Below, piece by piece: positions 58,952 through 64,000 of a DNA stretch of 64,000 nucleotides (its first letter is position 1; every line of letters starts with the position of its first letter). The notes beneath the pieces were generated by a model. The model was not told the origin of the DNA. It did no database searches and saw only the letters and a program-made list of their open reading frames with translations. The position numbers and the translations under genes are program-made. The stretch comes from Clostridiaceae bacterium (lineage in GTDB: Bacteria; Bacillota; Clostridia; Saccharofermentanales; UBA5734): the NCBI GenBank assembly GCA_034927345.1, contig JAYFQE010000012.1:30176-94175 (forward strand), given 5' to 3'.

Positions 58952-60025
58952 ATGATTATGGATAATATATTAAAAGTTGGCATCATCGGACTGGGTTATA
59001 TTTCAGCCGTTCATTTAAAAGGTTATCAACAATGCCCGAATGTCCGGCTGACCGCTTTTTGCGACTTGATTCCTGAACGGGCGGCAGCGGCGCGCCGGCA
59101 ATACGGCGTGCCGGAAGCTGAAATCTATACAGATTATCGCGAAATGCTGGCCAATGAATCATTGGATGCCGTGAGCATTTGTACGGAAAACAATCAGCAC
59201 GCGCCGATTGCTTTAGCCGCCCTTGCCGCCGGCGCCCATGTCTTCTGTGAAAAACCGATGGCCATAACGGGAGCGGAAGCCGAGGCCATGATTGCGGCGG
59301 CCGAACGTTATCATAAAAAACTGAGCGTCGGCTATCAGCTCCGTTTTTCCAGCCATGCCCGGGAACTGCATGAGCGGGTTGTCCGCGGCGATCTGGGGCA
59401 GATTTATTATGCCGAAGCGAAAGCCATGCGGCGGCGCGGCGTTCCGACCTGGGGCGTTTTTCTCAACCGAGCCAAGCAGGGCGGCGGGCCGCTGATCGAT
59501 ATCGGCACACATCTGGTCGATTTCACCCTGTGGCTGATGAATGATTATTCTCCCGTCGTATCGGCATTAGGCAATCTGGACGACCGGCTGATTCCTCTGG
59601 GCGGCTACAATGACGGCGGCCCCTGGGACATTAAGCATTTTGAGGTTGAAGACGGCGCTTTTGGCCTGGTTACTCTGGAAAGCGGCGCCACGCTCTTGGT
59701 CAACGCCACCTGGGCTGTCAATATGAAGGAAAAGGGACGCGACGGCGCTATCCTTTACGGCGTTAGAGGCGGCGCGGAATTAATGGACGGCCAGCTGACC
59801 TTGAATGGCGAACAGCAAGGTCACCTTTGGGAATCGGTCAGCAAACCGGAGCGGGATCGTTCCGGATTATCTGAATATGATAAAGAGATCATGGCCTGGG
59901 TCGACTGCCTGCTGCAGGACAAAGAACCGATGGTTAAAGCACAGGAAGCCGCGCAGGTCGTCCGGATACTGGAAATGCTGTACCAATCCGCGCGCAGCGG
60001 CGGACGGGCCATGACAGCAAAATAA
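58952..60025 (+). CDS. Gfo/Idh/MocA oxidoreductase
   Basis: IIGLGYI, HVFCEKPM, RRRGVPTWGVF, GGGPLIDIGTH. Confidence 0.92.
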   Translation: MIMDNILKVGIIGLGYISAVHLKGYQQCPNVRLTAFCDLIPERAAAARRQYGVPEAEIYTDYREMLANESLDAVSICTENNQHAPIALAALAAGAHVFCEKPMAITGAEAEAMIAAAERYHKKLSVGYQLRFSSHARELHERVVRGDLGQIYYAEAKAMRRRGVPTWGVFLNRAKQGGGPLIDIGTHLVDFTLWLMNDYSPVVSALGNLDDRLIPLGGYNDGGPWDIKHFEVEDGAFGLVTLESGATLLVNATWAVNMKEKGRDGAILYGVRGGAELMDGQLTLNGEQQGHLWESVSKPERDRSGLSEYDKEIMAWVDCLLQDKEPMVKAQEAAQVVRILEMLYQSARSGGRAMTAK

Positions 60026-60051
60026 GCCGGAGAGGCAGGAGGATAAGCCAA

Positions 60052-60852
60052 GTGGGACAATATGCATATGCCGTTGAATTGTACTCTGTCAAAGACGCGC
60101 TGGCGAAGAATATGCCGGATACATTAAAGAAGATTAAAGCGATGGGCTATATAGCCGTTGAATTTGCCGGCAATTTCGTTCATACGGCGGCCGAAGTCCG
60201 CCGGGCGCTCGACGAAGCCGGCCTGATCTGCTGCGGCTGGCATACGCCGGTCGAATATCTGGCGGACGACCGCTTTGAAGCGACAGTCGCTTATTTCAAG
60301 ACGGTCGGCAATGAGCATGTCATTATCCCCGGCTTGCCGGAGGAGATGACCGGCAGCCGCGAAGCCTGGCTGCAAACGGCTGCGCTTTTCAATCAGTATG
60401 CGGCGCGTTTGGCGGAACGCGGATTGCGGCTCGGTTATCACAACCATGTCGGCGAAGTCGCCTTGTATGCCGGCTCGCGCGATTGTCCGCTGACGGTGTT
60501 CGGCGACAATACCGACGCGTCGGTTATCATCCAGATGGATAATGGTCACGTCCTCAACGGCCGCGGCTATCCTATGCTGGATCTGATCCGGCGTTATCCC
60601 GGCCGTTTTACCAGCGTCCACCTGAAACCCTATAGCCTGGCCAAAGGCGCGTCTGATCCTGAAGCCGGATATCAGACGATGATCGGCGAGGACGATGTGC
60701 CCTGGAAGGAGTTCATGGCTTTATGCCGGAGTATCGGCGGCACCCGCTGGTACATTGTCGAATATGAAAGTCCGGAGCTCTACCCGGAACTGGAAGGCGT
60801 GGAACGCTGCCTGAACGCTTTGCGGGATATGGAAAAGCGCGGCGTAATATAG
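60052..60852 (+). CDS. Sugar phosphate isomerase/epimerase (AP endonuclease 2 family)
   Basis: ELYSV, GYHNH..E, QMDNGH, HLK, IVEYE. Confidence 0.88.
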   Translation: MGQYAYAVELYSVKDALAKNMPDTLKKIKAMGYIAVEFAGNFVHTAAEVRRALDEAGLICCGWHTPVEYLADDRFEATVAYFKTVGNEHVIIPGLPEEMTGSREAWLQTAALFNQYAARLAERGLRLGYHNHVGEVALYAGSRDCPLTVFGDNTDASVIIQMDNGHVLNGRGYPMLDLIRRYPGRFTSVHLKPYSLAKGASDPEAGYQTMIGEDDVPWKEFMALCRSIGGTRWYIVEYESPELYPELEGVERCLNALRDMEKRGVI

Positions 60853-60870
60853 CGCCGGGAGGAGCAGGCT

Positions 60871-61752
60871 ATGAAAATCGGCAGTGTCGCCTGGGGCTGG
60901 ACACCGACGCCGGAAGATCTGCCGCAAGGCGATTCGCTGGAACGGATCACCTCGGAAGTCGCGTCGGCGGGCTTTGATTTAATTGACTATTTATCCACCT
61001 ATGAATCTCTGGATCTGTTCTATACGCCGGAGCGCTGCCGTCTGATCCGCGATCAGGCGGCCAGAACCGGTCTTTTAGTCGGCGGGCTGGTGTTCCAGTC
61101 CGATTTATGGAACAATCCCGATCCGGCCGTTCAGGAAAAACAACTGGCTTATTTTGCCCGCTGCGTGCAAACGGCGGTTGATCTGGGCGCCGGCACTATA
61201 TCGTGCATTATTCCGGGTCCCTATGGCGCCAAACCGAACCGGCGTCGTTCGCCGTCCGAAAAAATGGCTTCCAATCTGCCTGCCGGCTACAGCTGGCAGC
61301 GGGATTGGGCGCTTTTTGTCGGCATGCTGAGCCAGGCCTGCGATCTGGCGGCAGCGAACCATCTTCGGGTGGCCATGGAGTGTTTTCCTGAATCGCTCTG
61401 TTCGACACCGCATGCCATGTGCAAGCTTCTTGACGATGTCCGGCGGCCGAATCTTGGCATCCAGCTCGATACGGCCCATCTGATGAATCAGCGGATCGAT
61501 ATCGAAACAGCGATCTTCATGTTGGGCGGCGAACGGATTTACAACGTCCATGCCAAGGATTCCGACGGCATGACCCGCGACAATCTGCCGGCCGGGTCCG
61601 GCCTGGTTGATTATACGGCAGTTTTCCGCGCTTTGCGCTATGTCGGATATGCCGGAAACGTCTCGGTCGAAGTCGAATTTACAGATAATCCGCGCCGTTA
61701 TATGACCCAGGCTCTGGAGCATGTCCGGCTTTGCCTGGCCGAACGGTACTAG
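60871..61752 (+). CDS. Sugar phosphate isomerase/epimerase (AP endonuclease 2 family)
   Basis: AMEC, LDTAH, HAKD, GSGLVDY, SVEVE. Confidence 0.88.
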   Translation: MKIGSVAWGWTPTPEDLPQGDSLERITSEVASAGFDLIDYLSTYESLDLFYTPERCRLIRDQAARTGLLVGGLVFQSDLWNNPDPAVQEKQLAYFARCVQTAVDLGAGTISCIIPGPYGAKPNRRRSPSEKMASNLPAGYSWQRDWALFVGMLSQACDLAAANHLRVAMECFPESLCSTPHAMCKLLDDVRRPNLGIQLDTAHLMNQRIDIETAIFMLGGERIYNVHAKDSDGMTRDNLPAGSGLVDYTAVFRALRYVGYAGNVSVEVEFTDNPRRYMTQALEHVRLCLAERY

Positions 61753-61755
61753 GCT

Positions 61756-63906
61756 ATGCTGTGCGGCGTCCAGTTTTTTCGTTATCCCGGTCCGCCGCCG
61801 GAAGAAATCGGCCGCGATCTGACGGTTTTCAAAGCCTGCGGCATAACCTGCGTCCGGATCCAGCAGGTTTGGTCCTATGAGGAACCGCGGCCGGGCCAAT
61901 ATGATTTCAGAACGCTTCTGGCTTTGCTGGATCAAGCGGCGGCAGCCGGCCTGGATGTCCTGATAACCCTGACCCTGGAAAATGCCCCGTCCTGGCTTTA
62001 TCATGAACAGGATATTTGTCAGCGCAATGCTTTCGGCGAGATCATCCGCGATACGAACCCGTATCCGCTCCCGTCGGACGGCAAACCGGGGCCCTGCTGG
62101 GACAACCCTTTCGCCCGGGCTGCCGCCGAGCGTTTTGTCGAAGCGCTGCTGCAGGCTGCCGCCGGCTGTCCGGCGGTCAAAGGCTGGGTTATATGGCAGG
62201 AACCGACGGCCCTGCCGCGGCAGGACCCGCGCGAACCGGGGGCTTCTTCCTATTGCTGCTGTCCCCATACCCTGAAGAAGTTTCAAGCCTGGCTGCAGGG
62301 ACAATATGGCACCCTGGACAAACTGAACGAGACCTTGATGGTTCATTATCAGGACTGGGCGGATCTTGAGCCGCCGGTTCATCAAATGAATCCTCTGGCC
62401 AACGCCTTCTGCAATTTTTTGCGGGTGCGGATGGCCGAAATCGCCGCCTGGAAAAGGGCTCTGGTTAAAAAACTGGATCCTCAAAACCGGCCGGTCATGA
62501 TCCATGCCGGCTACTCCATTTTAGACCGGGGCTTCGGCGGCGGCTGGCACGACGATTATATGCTGGCCAAGAACGCCGATATTTATGGCCGTTCGCTTTA
62601 TCCGCTTTGGTTTGGCAGCGAAAACGGGCCGGAAGCCTCGATCCGCGCCATTCATCTGGCTCTGGACGGCGCCCGCGGCGCAGCTTGCGGCAAGCCGGTC
62701 TGGGCGGCCGAGCTGCAAGGCGGCCGCGCCTGCTCGGCTTTTGAACGCTGGCCTTCGCCGACCGGCCGCGATCTGGTCAACTGGACGCTGGCCAGCGTCG
62801 CCGGCGGCGCCAAAGGGCTGATCTACTGGCAATACCGTGAAGAACGGATTTTTCACGAAGCTTATGGGCACGGCTTGCTAAACCGCCGGGGCGAAGCCAT
62901 GCCCTGGCTGGCTGACCTGGCTGTTGTCCTTCGCTTTTTACACCGTCATGAGCCGGTATTCGACGCGGCTGTGCCCGAATCCGCGACGATAGCGATTGTA
63001 GTCAATACCGACAATTATATTCTGGGCTATCAGGCAGCGCGGGAAAACTGGGTTGCCGATTCATTGCCGGGACTTTATCAGGCTCTGCATGATCTGGACC
63101 TGCCGGTCGATCTGGTTTGGGCCGACACGGTTCTGCAAAGCGGCCTGGCAGGCTACAAGTTTGTCTTTCTGCCTTTCCCCGCGGCTATGGCCGCCGATTA
63201 CGCCCGGGTTCTGGCTGATTATGTAAGCGGGGGAGGGACGATCATTTCCGAGGCCGGGGCAGCTTTATTTGACGAGCATTCGATTGCGACTATAGAGAGT
63301 CCGGCTTTTGGCCTGGACCGGGTTTTCGGCGGCTGTGAAGACGACCTGTTTGATCTGCGGCACGAAGCTGAAGCCGGACAGACTGGCGAAAAAAAGCCGG
63401 TGACCGAACAGTCCTTCGATCTTGAAGGCTGCGGCGTTATGGCGGGTCTGTCGGTCCCGGGCCGGCACTGGCTGCAGACTTACCGGATCCAGACCGGCTG
63501 TCCCGTTTTCCGGTGGCGCGGCCGAGCAGCCGGACTGGTCAATCATTACGGCCGGGGTAAGGCCTACTTGATCGGAACCTTCTTTTCACAGTCGGAGCCG
63601 GGTTTGAAGATTGTAGAGAGGATTTTGCAAACCGAAGGGCTGATCACAGCGGCGGCGGAGAGAGAACAGGTCCGCTTACGCCGTTTGACCGGCCCGGCCG
63701 GCGATGTCCTGATCCTTTATAATCCGGGCTCCGCGGCCGCTTGCCGGTCCGTACCGCGCCGCCGCAGCCAAATGCTGTCGGCGGTCTTTCAAGCGGACAT
63801 ATCGGAAAAAAAAGGTGTCTGGGCCGTTGAAGTAGCGGCATATTCTTCCGCTTGCCTGATCATCAGTCAAAATGAATCTGTTTTCGGGACCCCCCCGGAC
63901 AACTGA
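61756..63906 (+). CDS. GH42-like beta-galactosidase family glycoside hydrolase
   Basis: WSYEEPRPGQYDF, APSWL, WQEP (acid/base position), CCCPHT...FQAWL..QYGTL..LN, AELQGG (nucleophile), YWQYR, C-terminal trimerisation domain. Confidence 0.82.
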   Translation: MLCGVQFFRYPGPPPEEIGRDLTVFKACGITCVRIQQVWSYEEPRPGQYDFRTLLALLDQAAAAGLDVLITLTLENAPSWLYHEQDICQRNAFGEIIRDTNPYPLPSDGKPGPCWDNPFARAAAERFVEALLQAAAGCPAVKGWVIWQEPTALPRQDPREPGASSYCCCPHTLKKFQAWLQGQYGTLDKLNETLMVHYQDWADLEPPVHQMNPLANAFCNFLRVRMAEIAAWKRALVKKLDPQNRPVMIHAGYSILDRGFGGGWHDDYMLAKNADIYGRSLYPLWFGSENGPEASIRAIHLALDGARGAACGKPVWAAELQGGRACSAFERWPSPTGRDLVNWTLASVAGGAKGLIYWQYREERIFHEAYGHGLLNRRGEAMPWLADLAVVLRFLHRHEPVFDAAVPESATIAIVVNTDNYILGYQAARENWVADSLPGLYQALHDLDLPVDLVWADTVLQSGLAGYKFVFLPFPAAMAADYARVLADYVSGGGTIISEAGAALFDEHSIATIESPAFGLDRVFGGCEDDLFDLRHEAEAGQTGEKKPVTEQSFDLEGCGVMAGLSVPGRHWLQTYRIQTGCPVFRWRGRAAGLVNHYGRGKAYLIGTFFSQSEPGLKIVERILQTEGLITAAAEREQVRLRRLTGPAGDVLILYNPGSAAACRSVPRRRSQMLSAVFQADISEKKGVWAVEVAAYSSACLIISQNESVFGTPPDN

Positions 63907-64000
63907 ACGTCCCTTGAGCTCAAAGGTCGTCAAATTGATGCGAAAATACCCATATGATGCCTTTCATCTGTTCCTGTTCTGTTATATAATTCTGTTATCG

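Noticed and set aside
61105-62505. 466-aa antisense ORF (also 42733-43500 and 55788-56618)
   Set aside because: These overlap well-supported plus-strand genes and carry no domain signature.
63940-64000. TATAAT and repeated CTGTT at the window end
   Set aside because: Probably the promoter of a gene beyond the window. The -35 is weak and there is no downstream context to evaluate it.

Overview
This is a 64-kb chromosomal segment from a Clostridia-type (Bacillota) anaerobe, inferred from DUF3502-type ABC lipoproteins, a YesM/YesN-type two-component system, ComFB and sigmaA promoters. It is almost wholly devoted to carbohydrate uptake and catabolism. It holds three LplABC/YtcPQ-like oligosaccharide ABC importers with no ATPase gene, five Gfo/Idh/MocA-type oxidoreductases, GH4, GH78 and GH42-like glycosidases, an Asp-box sialidase-like protein, tandem beta-lactamase-fold hydrolases, and LacI (x3), ROK, AraC (x2) and IclR regulators. 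A small c-di-GMP island (EAL-HDOD, ComFB, GGDEF) and ohr interrupt it. I saw no rRNA, tRNA, CRISPR array or transposase. The most unusual element is a separately promoted, IclR-linked operon of three tandem paralogues of the cobalamin/2x[4Fe-4S] QueG-reductive dehalogenase superfamily (33806-36612). They have no TAT signal, no RdhB anchor and no QueG-specific motif I could recognise. They lie between an unassigned 696-aa beta-propeller gene and a cluster encoding a sialidase-like protein, an atypical aldolase, a PtmA-like SDR and two Cys-motif V4R-like proteins. All product calls come from motif recognition by eye; no database search was run.
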